Made by a program: the position numbers and the translations under genes. A stretch of 64,000 nucleotides of DNA from Kudoa neothunni (taxonomy: Eukaryota > Animalia > Cnidaria): assembly GCA_964304625.1 (NCBI GenBank), contig OZ199838.1, forward strand, positions 7,929,397 through 7,993,396. Reading direction: 5' to 3'. Positions 27,501-41,358 of the stretch are shown here, piece after piece; within the stretch, counting starts at the first letter, position 1; every line of letters begins with the position of its first letter. The notes below the pieces were generated by a model. That model saw nothing but the letters and a program-made list of their open reading frames with translations. It was not told the DNA's origin and made no database searches.

Positions 27501-28473
27501 ATCAGATATGGTTTGCGTAATGGTACACTAGATGATTTTTCCCCTTAAATTTTAAATTTGAATCATTTAATTGTCGAGTTATATCTACAAACAAGCTATA
27601 TCAGCTTATCACATAACCAGGCTTAATTAGTCATGGAAGTGTTTTTTTATCTTTGTCATAGGGTTTCCCGATCTAACTCGGCAATTTGCAATCAAACTTC
27701 GCACGTATGCAATCAAGATTTAGGTTTCAATGCGCATTCTTGGTTAACGTTACGCATTAATCTCGAACAAATTTTTTTGAATCTAGTTGAATTTAAACCT
27801 AGAAAGCACACCAAAAATAGTTACACTAAGACCCAATGGGCCCCTTTTCGGTCCAAATATAACTTGTTGAAAAAGCTGATAAAAACATACATAGAATGAA
27901 TTTTTTTTGATTCCGGTATATATAATTACATTAAATTTATGATATAGAATAGTATCCCTATATTTTTATAAGCATTTAATTAAATTTTGGACCAAAAAGG
28001 GGCCCACCGAACTTTCTAAGGTTAAATATTTGCGATGTTTCAGGTGACTCAGAGTGTATAATTTCAGAGAAATTCGATTCGGCTAGATCGACTTCAACCA
28101 AGTAACCTAAAACAAAGAAAAATCATCTCTGCCGATTTAAGAGAACAAATGTGCAATTTTTGCTTAAATGGAAAAAATGATAGTTATATAGCTTCGGAAA
28201 TGAAGTTACCGAGATCCACGGTTTGGTCGATATTGTCTAAGTTTAGAAACAACGGCACTCTTGCTCCAAAACCTAGAGGGGAGACAAACGATCATTTCTT
28301 TCAATGGATCAGAAAGAAAATTCATTAATCTCTTAATAAGAACTAAAACAAAACCTCCAGGACGAATTTGGAGTTACCGTTTCCCTTAGAACAGTCGACA
28401 TGGTAATAGGAAAGTTCCATTACACTCTCAAGTCTGTTGTAAAAGTTCCTGAAAAAGGGGAATTGTTCTACAA

Positions 28474-31400
28474 CAGGGATCTCCAAATTACGGCCCCCGG
28501 ACGTTTCCATAATGACGTGTAAAATTTAATTAATTAGTGTTACTTTGCAATTAAATGGTACACAACTCGCACAAAAATTGTCTTGCGTCAGATTCATAGT
28601 TAAGTTTTTCCTAATGACTGTTATTGTTATTTATAAATTAAATCATAAACATTGAAAAGTTTGCATTCTCGATACTCGTATAGTAATATTACCCTTTATT
28701 CGTATTACAAATTGTTGTGTACAGATTCAACAATATTGGAATACCCGGGAGCGATCGGTGATATCGATTCCTAGAACCTTTAGATGATGAATTCTCGAGA
28801 TGACGAATGGCAGATAAAGGGCATGTTGGTTTTACACCTCATGGTAATAATGGATAAATGACATATACAAATCATCAACAACATACACCACGAAGAAACG
28901 ATATTACCGAGACCTCCACCGAACGCGCAGCCGATGCGATCCCCGCTAATAATAATAATCCTCGTCAAATTAGTATTTAACCCATAATTAGTTACTATAC
29001 ATCATTGTCTTTTCTTACATTGCCCATCTTTCTGCGCACCTCTGGATATACAACACAAATATCACAATAGTTAAAGATATATTTATAAAAAATCGTAATT
29101 TTGTCGGAAAACTTTCAAATGTTAATTCAAATACAGAATCTTTTATTGGTTAAATAATTGTTTAATGACACGTGTAACAATCAGGGTCTTTAATCATTCT
29201 CTTCGATTTATCGTGTGAAAAGGGCAGATTATGGAAGAAAGAAAATTCGACCATGAGTGTCGAATGTTTAACGATAAGTGGAATACAGAGTAATTTTTTA
29301 TTAAATTGGGTAACAAAGTAATATGTGCTATTTGTGACAACACTATCGCAGTGCTGAAAGAATTTACTATTCGCAGACATTACGAGACAAAACATTGGCC
29401 GGAGTATTCAAAATACATTGGAGTTGTTCGTACGGAGAAGTTCAGAACATTAAAAAATAATTTGTTGTCGAGGCACTTTAATGTTCAAAAAAATTGCCCA
29501 TGAAAATGCAGCGGCCACAAGAGCTAGTTTTTATGTGGCCTATCTATTAGCCCAAGAAAGGGAATTCATTTACTGATGGTGAAACTTTCAAGGACGCTCA
29601 AACTCCAAAGGAAGTGTTGAATGAAGTATGTCCGGAAAAAGCCAGCTCATTTTCTGAGATAAGTCTTTCGGTAAACACAATACGTCGTAGAGTGGAGAAC
29701 ATTGGTGAAAATATTATTTCGCAATTACGAGATCAAATAGAGGAATTTGTGTGCTTTTCTATCGCATTGGATGAATCCACTGATATTTTAAACACCTCTC
29801 AACTTTTATGTTTCATTAATGGGGTAAATATCAAGATGAAAGTTACAGAGGAACTCCTCCCCGTACATAGGTACATAGCATGCATGGAACTACAAGGGGT
29901 CTCGATCTATTTAACGGGATTGAAAGGTTATTCCAAAATTTCAACGTAAACTAGAATAAACTTATATACGTCATCACTGATGGGGGTAGAAAAATGAGTG
30001 GAAGAACAAAAGGATTAGTTGGACAAATATATAAAGCGGTCGAAAACACCGGTGGACAAAACCTCTGGCGCTTCAATGTATTATTCATCAACAAGCTCTC
30101 CGTGGAAAGAATATGGGCTTGTCATCAGTATTAAATCCCGTTGTCTCCACTGTTAATTTTATCCGGTCACATGGACTCCATCATAGACAATTTTAAGAAT
30201 TTTTAAAAGATTCAAATGCGGAAAACTCGGATTTGCCATATGGCACAAATATGAGGTGCCTTAGCCGTGGGAAGGTTTAAAGTCGATTCTTTGACTTAGG
30301 ACCGGCAGAAATTGAGTTTTTACTTACTGAACATAATAATCTTCGAAATTAGTTAAAAAATGATGATTGGCTCTGGAAATTGGCTTTTTTCCAGATTTGA
30401 GAGTACATCTGCGATTTTAATCTCAAATTACAAGGCGAAACATTGTTAATAAACAATGTTTGTTCATTAGTGAAAGCGTTTCGACAGAAATTGATTTTAT
30501 TTAATTCACAATTAAATAATAGTTGTTTCACTCATTTTTCACGTTGTGAAAAATACGCCCAACAAAGTAAAGTATCTTTACCAATTGTTGTCACCCAAGA
30601 CACTCTTTCCGATTTAATGCAGCAGTTTGATGGGCATTTCAACGATATTGAGACATTTCCCTCGAATATTTTAATATTCGAAATTCCCGTTGGATGTCAC
30701 ATCGACCAATTACCTGCGGAATTGCAAATGGAATTCATTGACCTTCAAACAAATGAAATACACAAACGTAAATACAGTGAGTTATGGGTCGTACGTAATA
30801 TCGCAATAAAACATAAATTAATAACCTTTTGATAATTTAATTTTTACTATCTAAACTTTATTAAAAAAGTAACATATTGTATAAATTGGACTTTAGAAAA
30901 CTTAAAATATCAACAGTTTTTATGCATTTAATGTGTTGCGCGCAATTATGGCTCGTACGTAACGATTTTTTTGAAAAGCGAGGAAGATTATAGGTCGTGC
31001 GTCGATGGCTAACAAAAAGAAATTTCTAACTCTTTCGAAAAAAGTAGAAATTATCAAACACTACGAAAAGATATCGAATAAACCAAACGCCAAATTGGAA
31101 ACAATGAAGGCCTTCGACGTAAGAGCAAGATCTACCTTGAATACTATCATAAACAATAAAGACAAGTTGCTTAAGCACTATAACACGGTTCTGTTTCCAA
31201 ATTAAGAAAAACTCTTAAGAAAGGAGAACATATAGATACCGATCATCGAGTGAAAAATATAGAACTTTCTCAAGAAGTTATCATCAATAAAGCCAATGAA
31301 TTCCTCGATGATGCCTCAAAGGAAACACCTTTGTCTACTGACTGGTTTTATGGCTTTATAAAAAGATTTAATATCTCTCGTAATACATTTTTCGGTGAAT

Positions 31401-33203
31401 CTAAAAGTGTAAACAATATTGTCATCGAGGAATGGAAAACCAATTTGAGCGAAATCTTTAAGAGCTGGGAGCCTAAGGATATTTTTAATACAGACGAAAC
31501 AGGCTTGTATTATCAGCAACGAAAAAGTTATTAATATTTTTATGTGTTATATATCTTGCGTAGGTAGAGGATATGTATTCACTAATGAGGTAAATAAAAA
31601 TGGGTGTAAACAATCAAAAAAAGAATAACTGCTTTATTTGCCTGCTCTATGCTTGAAAAAAAATTAGACCCATTAATAATAGATAAGTTTTCAAAGCCCC
31701 GTTGTTTTGGATCAATTAAAAAGCTGCCATTGGATTATGAAGCAAACACTAACGCTTGGATGACAGAGAAAATATTTTTCCAATTCCTCATTAGGTGGAA
31801 CAAGAAATTAATTATGTCAACAAGAAAAATTTTGCTTTTTCTTGACAACTGCCCCTCACACCCTAATTTGAACCTTTCCAATATTACATTATGTTTCTTC
31901 CCACCTAATGCTACTTGCGTTTTGCAACCTCTTGACCAAGGGATAATCAACAATGTTAAAGTAATTTATAAGAAACATTTAATGGAGTCTCTTATACAGA
32001 GCGTGGAAGCTGGATCGACAAAATGCGAATTGCCCAACATTTTGGAAGCGATGTTTCTGTTGAGGAATTCATGAGATCATGTAAAAACCGAGACAATTGT
32101 AAATTGGTTTAGGAAGTCATTTTTCCCCATGCCAAGAAGAATTAGAAACTCTCACAGCAAATGAAAATCCACCCATCGAATTAAAAGAAATGATGGAAGA
32201 AGTCAATATAATCACCAGAAATCCAGAAGTTTGTGCTGTTGATGAAGTGTATAACGATAATATTAATATTCTTTCACATCATGATAGGATAGAAGCAGAG
32301 TCTGATAATGATTCTATTGAAGCTGTTCCCGTTTTTGATAAGGAGATGTTTAAATATTTGGCCTGTATAAGGAGATATTTTGAAACCAAAAGCCCACAAA
32401 TGTTAAAGCAAATAACAAAATTAGATGTCGAGTTCCTGAAAATTCTACGATCTGATTTTAGGAACAGCTGCATTACAAATTACTTTAAAAGTAACAGTAG
32501 TTGAGTACGCTTGTTAACGAAAATATTACGTATTATTTTTAATTTTTGGTTTTTTCGCATGTGCAAAGTTATGTGTGGTGCGTAATGACTTTGAATTCCC
32601 TTTTGATTACGCACGACCCATAAGTCACTGTATAATGAAAACAATTTATTACAATTTTATAAGCTTTTGCCTCGTCGTGATTTTCCAAATCTTTTATCTT
32701 TTTCTAGTAAATATATTTCAATATTTGCCACAACTTATTAGTGCGAGAAAACATTTTCAAGAATGAAATATGTGAAATCCGCATACAGAACACAGTTGTT
32801 TGACGATCACTTAAATTCAATATTGATGATAGGGACGTCAAAGTTCACGCCACAATGGGATATTATATCAGATCCGAAACAATTTCACTCTTCACATAAT
32901 GGAAAATAAACTTATTATTGTTTCTATTATAATTATTTATTTTTATTATTTCGCCCCTCAGGATTTTTTATGCGCAATTATTTAGTGTTAGGGCTTGTTG
33001 GCGCTAATCCGCCGATTACGCCAAAACCTCCGAGGAGGATTAGACAAGGACGTTAGGATTATCGTAGATTTGGTTCAATGAGTTTTTTTAACGGCTTTAA
33101 CATTTAGATTTCCAAATTCTTTTGGTTTAAATTTTTAATTCGGCCCTCGGAGCAATATCAACAACCCAATGTGCCCTAGCCTCAAAAAGTTTAGAGACCC
33201 CTG
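28474..33203 (+). mobile_element. hAT Buster/SPIN-like element with pseudogenised transposase and a nested pogo
   Basis: TIRs CAGGGATCTCCAAATT and AAGTTTAGAGACCCCTG; 8-bp TSD TTCTACAA/CTCTACAA with central TA; BED-like CAIC..RRHYETKH, FSIALDESTD, CIIHQQAL. Confidence 0.9.
30775..32630 (+). mobile_element. pogo/Tigger element with frameshifted transposase
   Basis: TA|CAGTGAGTTATGGGTCGTACGTAAT ... ATTACGCACGACCCATAAGTCACTG|TA; CENP-B HTH, FNTDETGL, LDNCPSH, LQPLDQGII. Confidence 0.93.
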
Positions 33204-34097
33204 CTCTACAACAAAAGAAAAGCGGTTCTAATATGCGGAAATGTTTCGGAAACTAGAAATCACTTCAATGAGTGAAAGTCTCATATTTTTGGACGAAGTG
33301 GGATTTTCTGTAGTTACCCGACCCAAGAGAGGACGCTCATTGAGGGGCAAGTCAGCTTATTGTTTTGTGCCGGCCGCTAGAAGTAGGAATATTTCTGAGG
33401 TTGCTCCAGCCAATAAAAATCACGTAGTTTATAATAAAATACACGATAAGGCTGTAACGGGCGAAGACTTTAATGTAGTGTTTCTCAACGTGGGGGATTG
33501 GAAACATTTTGGTGGGGCATGGAAATCTTTGAGCGTTTAATGAACGGCTCTTGTATGATGTGGAAAATCCTGACCATTGATGTGGCATGGATAATGGTGA
33601 GATAATTGGGCAGTGTGGCGTACATGGAAATCAATACCTCGATTTTTGATCTTGTTTACTTTTAAGCGAATATGAATAAAGTAAGGTCTCGATATTTGCG
33701 CATTAAATTGGGGTCTGAGCTTTTACTGCCCAATATCGATTGTTAGCGCACGCGCCACTCGAACAAATTTTTTATTTTTTTACGAAAAATTGATCTATCT
33801 TGTTCGTATTACTGAATTAAAGATTTGAGAGACATCGATCCAATAATATACGAACTTTTCTTTATCTTTCGCAAACATTTGATCAAGAGTTTTCAAAATA
33901 TCAAGAAGATAGTTGGACATCTAACCATTTTTTAACCGTTAATATTTAACAGAAAATTTATAATTTCCTCTAAAACAGGGGTCTCTTTAAATTTATCGAT
34001 GACACTATGTGGAAGTTTTATCTCAATAAATTAAGCACTACAATTCGATTACAGGTTTTTCGATTGTTTCATTTCCATTTAATTCAACTCCCTTATA

Positions 34098-35334
34098 CAG
34101 TGTTTCCAGTTCAAGATGCATTATTTGAAAAAAATAGGTAATTACTAAATATCGAAACATTAAATTAATTTTCAATAACTTCGTTATTTAAGCATCGTGG
34201 AAAATAACTCTCCGCATGATTGCAATAGTTTTGACATTGTGCAAACGTCACATCCTTCGGACTAGATTTTATCGCCTCTATGAGTTCAGTTTTGTTTTTT
34301 GGATTCTTATGTCTTACTATTATTTTTAGTTGGTTGAAAAGTTCCTCGATCAGGTTAAGGAACGGAGAATATGGCGGTAGAAACAGAATCGAGTGATTTG
34401 TTTCTGCCACAAGATCCATGATGTAATCAGTTTTGTGAAATCTTACATTGTCCATTATGAGCAATGCATTTGGTATACCGTTCAATTGTAGCCCCATGAA
34501 AAGTTGGATTAAATATTCTGAAAATACATTTTCATTTACTGAGCCCTCGTGAACTTTAGTTGACCATACTTTCTGGGGGCTCATTGCGGCTATCAATGTA
34601 ATATTTTTGGAGCGGACGGTTCTCACGGTTAAAATTGCTCTAGATTCAACAGGGGACCTTCCAAAAAAGCGTCTCATTGATAAAGAGAATCCTGCTTCAT
34701 CAATATAGAGAACAAGGGAATAGTTTGGCTTTTGTTGAAGATAATTTATTACATAACTAATTTAGATTTCATTTTAATTTATTATATATAATTTACTTTT
34801 TTTCTTTCCTCTATATTCTCGGGTAGATTTCTGCCAACAGGAACTATGGAAATTTTTTTTAGTGAATAGTGAAATCCTTCAAGAACATTAGCAATCGTTT
34901 GCCTGGATACATTGATGTTATATTGTGAATTTAGCATTTCCCCTGAAGATGTTACTGTTAGAGCGCAATCATCGTCAACAAGTTGTTTTAGGGATTGTTT
35001 GTGTTCGTCGTATAATAATTGACGTCGGTTGCCTCCCATTTTTTTCTTTTCCACATTCCCCGTAGAATCCTTCAATTTAAGAATTCTGGTGACAGTAGTT
35101 GGATGAACTCCAACATACTTGGCGATTTGTTTAGTTGGGACTTTTTCCTTGAAGTTATATAGCTAATTAATTAAAAATAACGAACTTCTGATAAATTTAG
35201 AATTAAATCTCGTGAAGTCTTATTTGTTTTGTTATATTTTCTTTTTTTCGCGGTTGAATTAATTATTATATCAGCCGAACCTATAAGATTTGCTTCATGA
35301 TCGGACATCGATGAATCTTGAACTTGAAACACTG
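34098..35334 (-). mobile_element. Tc1/IS630-like element, nearly intact, with putative introns
   Basis: TA|CAGTGTTTCCAGTTCAAGAT ... ATCTTGAACTTGAAACACTG|TA; YIDEAGF, IMDNVRFHK, FLPPYSPFLNLIEELF. Confidence 0.92.
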
Positions 35335-35341
35335 TATCATA

Positions 35342-35988
35342 CTAGCGCAAAAACCTCGCTTCGCGTGGGTTTCCTTGCCCAGACACGCTGACTAAAGCCG
35401 TGAGTAGGCTAAGGTCATTTTAAGTTCAAAGTCAATTATAATTATCTTATCAACCTTTCTATAACAGTCATGATCGAAATAAACAGCAATAACCCGATCA
35501 TCCTCATTTTACTCTTCATTGGACTTTATTTTTATTTAGAAATCATAAGTTCTTACAACTCATGGATGCATTAATCATTTTGACTAACCCGTCGATAAAT
35601 TAACTAATCTAAAAATTTGTTAACAATGTTTTACTTAATTATAACGCTCTAACATAATTTTGTGATTATTTAAAAAATATTTCAAACTTTTTAACTTGAA
35701 CTTAACGTGCAAAGTAAATAATTTATTCACGCGTATTAATGTATTAATCTCCCGTTTAAACAACAAATCTTCGTTTACACCGAGTCCCCCCGCCTACGCA
35801 CCAACGAATTTTGTAGATCGTCTTAAGTACGTTCAAAAGTAGAAAAGAGTAAACTTTCAAAGTTTCAGTTGTGTTTAAATACGGAAAATTAGAGTTATCT
35901 ACGCATATCACTCAACATCATAGCGAATCACGTGCAATGGTAATCTCATTATCATCGCCGCTAATCTGTTTCTAAAAAGTTGTGTTTA
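35342..35988 (-). mobile_element. Helitron family C, 3' portion
   Basis: Minus-strand end GGAAACCCACGCGAAGCGAGGTTTTTGCGCTAG|T; inverted homology to about 40765-41358. Confidence 0.8.
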
Positions 35989-38526
35989 GGCAGTGGCTAT
36001 TGCTACGGATCCGTATAATCCGCATGCGGGGGTTGTCTATTGCTACGGGAGGGAATAACCCCAAATCTACAAATTCACATAAGATTTGAAATTTATATTT
36101 GTAATCAATGATTTTTGGCCTAACATAATTAACCGTTTTGGAGAAAATTTGAGCTATTGAAAAATACAACATTATTGTAAGGAGTTTTGGATTAAAAAAT
36201 AGCTTTAGCTCATCTTTTTAACGTTTAATAAAATTAATATGAAAAATTGCTTGCGTAAAATCAGCTAATAAGGATAATACTCAAATGAAATAAACAATTT
36301 TGGCTTCTGTTAATATGAGCGTGCGCCAAGAAACGTTTTTAATTTTGTGGCAACTGCTCACTTATATTAGATATTAGATAGGCGGCATATTTATATAATT
36401 TGAAAATTTAAAACAGTTAGTAAATTATTAGTTTACGAAAAGTATTAAGCGCATGAGTCAGAAATATTGTATTAGACTGAATATGATACAATTGTTGTGT
36501 TCAAATCAAACTTTTTTTAATAAACAGTTAGTAAGTTAAATAGTTAGTATATTATTTTTTCATATGTTTTTTTCTAGAAAAAAAATGACTGTTAGCCTAC
36601 GTTGTTTAGGTCATCCGATTGCTTTCACTCTCAGTGGGAATTATAGCCCGAACTAATATTTGGTAACATTTTATTAAATTTATTTCAAGTATCAGTTGTT
36701 ATTTGGTATTATTTTGGATTAACTCCCTTTGAAATATTTGTATTACACAAAGTTTACTGGTAAAAATGGGTATTTGAAGAGACAATTCCCAAAAATTCCC
36801 TTACTTTATGTTCTCAACCGCAACAACGATACATAATTTTTCATTCAAAATAGGGGAGTATTCTAAAATTTATGTCAAGAAGCCATAAATGCATGCATAA
36901 ATTATGCGAAATTCTCAAATAGGATCGTTAGCAACAGTTAAATACAAGGGTGCACTAATAAGAATACCAATCGTGGAATTTATCTAAAATATTTGATTTT
37001 ACAATCACTGCGAGTTCGAAAGTTTATGTATTGCCTTCGTTAACACAAATTTCCAACGAAATTGTAGAGTAAGTCGCATTAGATGATCAACCAAAAATAA
37101 TAAAGTAACAACATTGTTTTCTTTTCAGTTTTAACATCACAATTAAACTTGTGAGTTGACATACTGATAATCGTAAATACATCCATGTTGGTTATCCCTC
37201 TTGTTTTCAAATTGTGTAGGGATTTCACTGATATTTTTACTCGTTTCATAGCATAACATTTTTTGTATACGATTTTTATTAGATCGAAGTGATTTTAATT
37301 CAAAAAGATGATTATCTGAGAAATCGACTTTTTGTTGTTGAGGTAGAAATTTGTATATCAAAGCATTACAAAGACGATCGTGTATCTCATTCAAAAATAT
37401 GATTATGAATTATTTTCCATATCGTTACTAACTCAAAAAGTAATGCTAGAGAGGCAGTTACCTCTGTATGTTGACGATTTTTGTTACCATTAAGCTTTCT
37501 TTTTTTATATATAGAGTCGAAAACAATACAAACCTTATTTTGTAGTAAATTAAAGCTTCATTAAAATATTTTAGAATTTTATATTGGGAATTTTGTATTT
37601 TTCGCTATCCCCTCATTTTTAATTTGTTGGAAAAAAGATGTTCATAACGATTAATATGACTATATAATGAGTTATATAAGCCAACTTTCAATCCGGGAGA
37701 GGATTCCATCGTACAAATGATGCTACAATGAAAACTTTGATTCGCACACAGGTTACTGTATTCAAGAATACAAAACGTGTTTCCTTCTATTGTGGACATT
37801 AATTTCAGTTAACACATTACCGTAAAATTTAAGTTTTAATGTTATTAAACTAATAATTTATCTATATCTGTAACAATAACATTTAAGAAGATGAATTATG
37901 CTCAACGCTATTTAATTACACACAGTAAGCTTTTATATTGATTTTAACTATAAAATTAAACATTACTTTAAATATATTTACTGAATTCACTATATAGAAT
38001 GTTCTAATCGTTTTCTATGAATAACGATAATATTTGAATATACTTTGTAGATATGTAATAATACATATAAATATAATCTATAAATCAAATATATATATAT
38101 ATAACAAATACAATTATTTCATTTTATAAAATTCTAGTTGAGCACATTTTAATTGATTACATTAGCTGCGCCAGATTAAACAGATTAGGTACAATCATAG
38201 GTAATAGGTTGGACGTTTTATGCATAAAAAACAACGTCTGGTATTTTCTTTTTTAATTAAAGAAACCTTTATTAGTAAAAAATTAAAATATTTATTTAAC
38301 ATTACTCATATCAAAACGTAAAACACGAAATCTATAGTCACAATATTAGAAATTTCAATAGCTCAAATTTTCTCCAAAACGGTTAACTATGTTAGGCCAA
38401 AAATCATTGATTACAAATATAAATTTCAAATCTTATGTGAATTTGTAGATTTGGGGTTATTCCCTCCCGTAGCAATAGACAACCCCCGCATGCGGATTAT
38501 ACGGATCCGTAGCAATAGCCAGTGCC
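35989..38526. mobile_element. Non-autonomous TIR element (MULE-like) inserted in Helitron C
   Basis: Near-perfect inverted repeats of about 175 bp, GGCAGTGGCTATTGCTACGG...CCGTAGCAATAGCCAGTGCC, with the same terminus as the 10889 element; TSD degenerate. Confidence 0.75.
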
Positions 38527-38619
38527 AAAAGTTTACACTACAAATTCACGGCTAAACTACTGTATACGTGTACCAAGTTCGGGATTCGATAAGGGCATTC
38601 GGTAAAAATCTGCATTTCA

Positions 38620-39349
38620 TTTAATTTGTATATAATATCAATAAATATCTACAAAGTATCCTTAATTCTCGTTTGTAATACTTCCTTCGAAATAGGTAGT
38701 CTGATATATACTCAGGCACGGTTTGTGGCTTTTTTGTATTTACGTTTAAAAGCGCCCCAAATAGACTCAATCGGGTTAGTATGGACTCCATCACTTGAAA
38801 CAAACTGTCATTTATGGATAACTCTTCCATGAACGAAGTCTAAACTTTCTAACCTATTGTATACAGCCCAACCGTGAGTCCATGTTGTGGATCCTTCTTC
38901 TACGTTATCAACTATTATGTTCTCAAGAACATTCTGATTCCTGTAGCGAGATATTTTTAAAAAACACTCACCATTTTCGTCTATTCCTCCAATTAACAAG
39001 AATTGTTGGTTCTTTAAAATTCTTCCGCGTTGTATTTTCTTCTGGAGACAGCAGTCTCATCGATTTGAACTATAACGTTCTCGCCTCCAATTTTTGTGCA
39101 TTCTTCAGAGGTGGCGCTGGGACTTTGGACAGTATAGAGGAGGAAAACAAAACATTTCCACAATAAAAGCTTTGATAGTTCGAAAATATTGTATTTTCGA
39201 ATTGAGCATCTCTTTCGGCAATATTTGCAATAAAACTGATGACCATCACCAATGTCCTTCCTTGCCACCATTTTCATTATCGAGCCACAAGAACATTTAA
39301 GATAACTCCTCAAAAGTCCAATATTGATCAGACTTTCAATTGTATGTTT
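38620..39349 (-). mobile_element. Merlin transposase remnant (5' part continues beyond 40327)
   Basis: CSCG..FYCKYC zinc ribbon, IGGENVIVQIDETAVSRRKYN, GGID, VEEGSTTWTHGWAVY, PEYISDYLFRR. Confidence 0.82.
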
Positions 39350-40327
39350 GGTTAAAGTTCAGTTCCTCCCCCCTTCGGCGTCCGCCGGTTACCCGCCATC
39401 GGTACTAATCGGGGTTCCGGCTGTTTACATTTTCCGGAGTATGCTTTCTGCAATCTTCAATTACGAAAATTTAGATAACCTAAATTTTGAAGACTTATGT
39501 TACTTCAAGGATCATCCTGAAGATTTAATTTTTTTACAGCAACTTGACTTGCTACCAACATCAATGGTTTGTTCCTGTGGAGGTCAAATGAAACTTTCTC
39601 CGAGGAACAATTAAACATGTTCATATTTTGTAGATTTTATTTTATTGTAAAAATCTCTATAATTATGTCTTTTTCCAATCGTCAATGAATAAATATGTTT
39701 AGTGAAATACGGCATTGTTAAGTTTATTTTAATTAGTGGTAAGTGTTAACCTATTATTTTTTAGAACAATTATATATATATACAAATTTATCAAATAATT
39801 AAAGTTTTTGTATAAAATGACAAAATCTTCCGAAAATTAAGTTAAAAAGATTATTTCACATTAACATAGTCTCATTAGGATACAATTAAAAAAGAAATGG
39901 CATGATGTGTGATTTTATCTATCTAAAAACTATTAAAATTACATTAAGATATAAATATCATGAGTCGACATATTGTTTTAGTTTATATATTTTTTTAAAA
40001 AAGAACAAATAAAATCCATAATTGATCAATAATATCTATAATATCATTCAAAATATTTGTTTACATACAACTATCAAATTTAATGATAAAAACATATATT
40101 AACTTATATATTATTTTGTTGTGTATATAAATTGACACCTAATTTTATAACTTTTAACATTTAAAACAATACATATTATATTTTTTTAATATATATATTT
40201 TGTTTAATTACGTCTAACTAAAATAAACTAGATTTTACTGGGTTTATATGTTATGAAACGTGACCCGATTAGTACCGATAGCGGGTAACCGGCGGACGCC
40301 GAAAGGGGGAGGAACTGAACTTTAACC
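39350..40327 (+). mobile_element. Merlin-derived non-autonomous element with GC-rich TIRs of about 63 bp
   Basis: GGTTAAAGTTCAGTTCCTCCCCC...GGGGGAGGAACTGAACTTTAACC; internal LQQLDLLPTSMVCSCGGQMKL (Merlin N-terminus-like). Confidence 0.8.
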
Positions 40328-40589
40328 GTTTTTTGATGCTCTGATCATTTTAAAATTAAGCGTGACAAAAAAATCGGACATCATTGGCAACGCTGGTACT
40401 TACCACGTCGTTGGATTTAATTGGGGTACTTTTAGTGCGCAACATCCATGAAAGGCGCAGTAAGCTTGCAGCCAAATATTCTCTGACTACAGAGCATATT
40501 TCTAATAATAATTTTGATTGGTTAAACATTTTTAAGTGTTTATTAGAATAAATAACAAGCTTAGGTATTTTCATTAGGAAAAATTGCCA

Positions 40590-41358
40590 TCTACTACATA
40601 TATAAAGCTGAAGTGCCCGTTGTGCACTAATCTTCTCCTTATACTGAGACTTTTTTTAATATTTGAGGTTATTTTTGTACTTTAAAAAATATAAACGTAG
40701 CTACAAAAATATAACGGGTTTGTCTGTTTGCTTATAAAGTGGTGAATTGGATATATAAACTTTATGTAAACAGATTAGCGGTGATGATAATGAGATTATC
40801 ATCGCAAGTGATTCGCTATAATGTTGAGTGATATGCGTAGGTAACTCAAATTTTCTGTACGTAAACACAACTGAAACTTTGAAATTTTATTCTTTTCTAC
40901 TTTTGAACGTACTTAAGACGATCTACAACATTCGTTGGTGCGCAGGCGGGGACTCGGTGTAAACGAAGATTTTGTTTTCAACAAGGATATTAATACATGT
41001 GAATAAATTATTTGGTTTGCACGTTTAATTAGAGATAAAAAATTATATTAGTACGTTATAATTAAATGCAACATTGTTAACAAACTTTTAGATTAGTTAG
41101 GTCATCGACGGGTTGGCTAAATCGATTAATACGCCACACGAGCCGTACGAGCGTATGATTTCTGAGCGAAAATAAAGTCCAATAAAGAAGAAAGTGAAGA
41201 TGATCGAGTTTGTGATGTTTATATCGAATAACACTGTCGCCAAAAGAACGATAAAATAATTATAATTGACATTGAACTTAAAATGACCTTGGTCTACTCA
41301 AGACTTTAGTCTGCGTGCCGAGCAAGGAAACCCACGCGAAGGGGGACTTTTGTGCCAG
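40590..41358 (+). mobile_element. Non-autonomous Helitron, family C
   Basis: A|TCTACTACATATATAAAGC ... GGAAACCCACGCGAAGGGGGACTTTTGTGCCAG|T. Confidence 0.8.

Larger units (their letters stand above)
28060..33475 (+). mobile_element. Tc1/IS630-like element split by a hAT insertion
   Basis: HTH part (LPRSTVWSILSKF, FHYTLK) before 28474 resumes at 33212 with LIFLDEVGFSV..RGRS..ARSRNIS. Confidence 0.75.
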
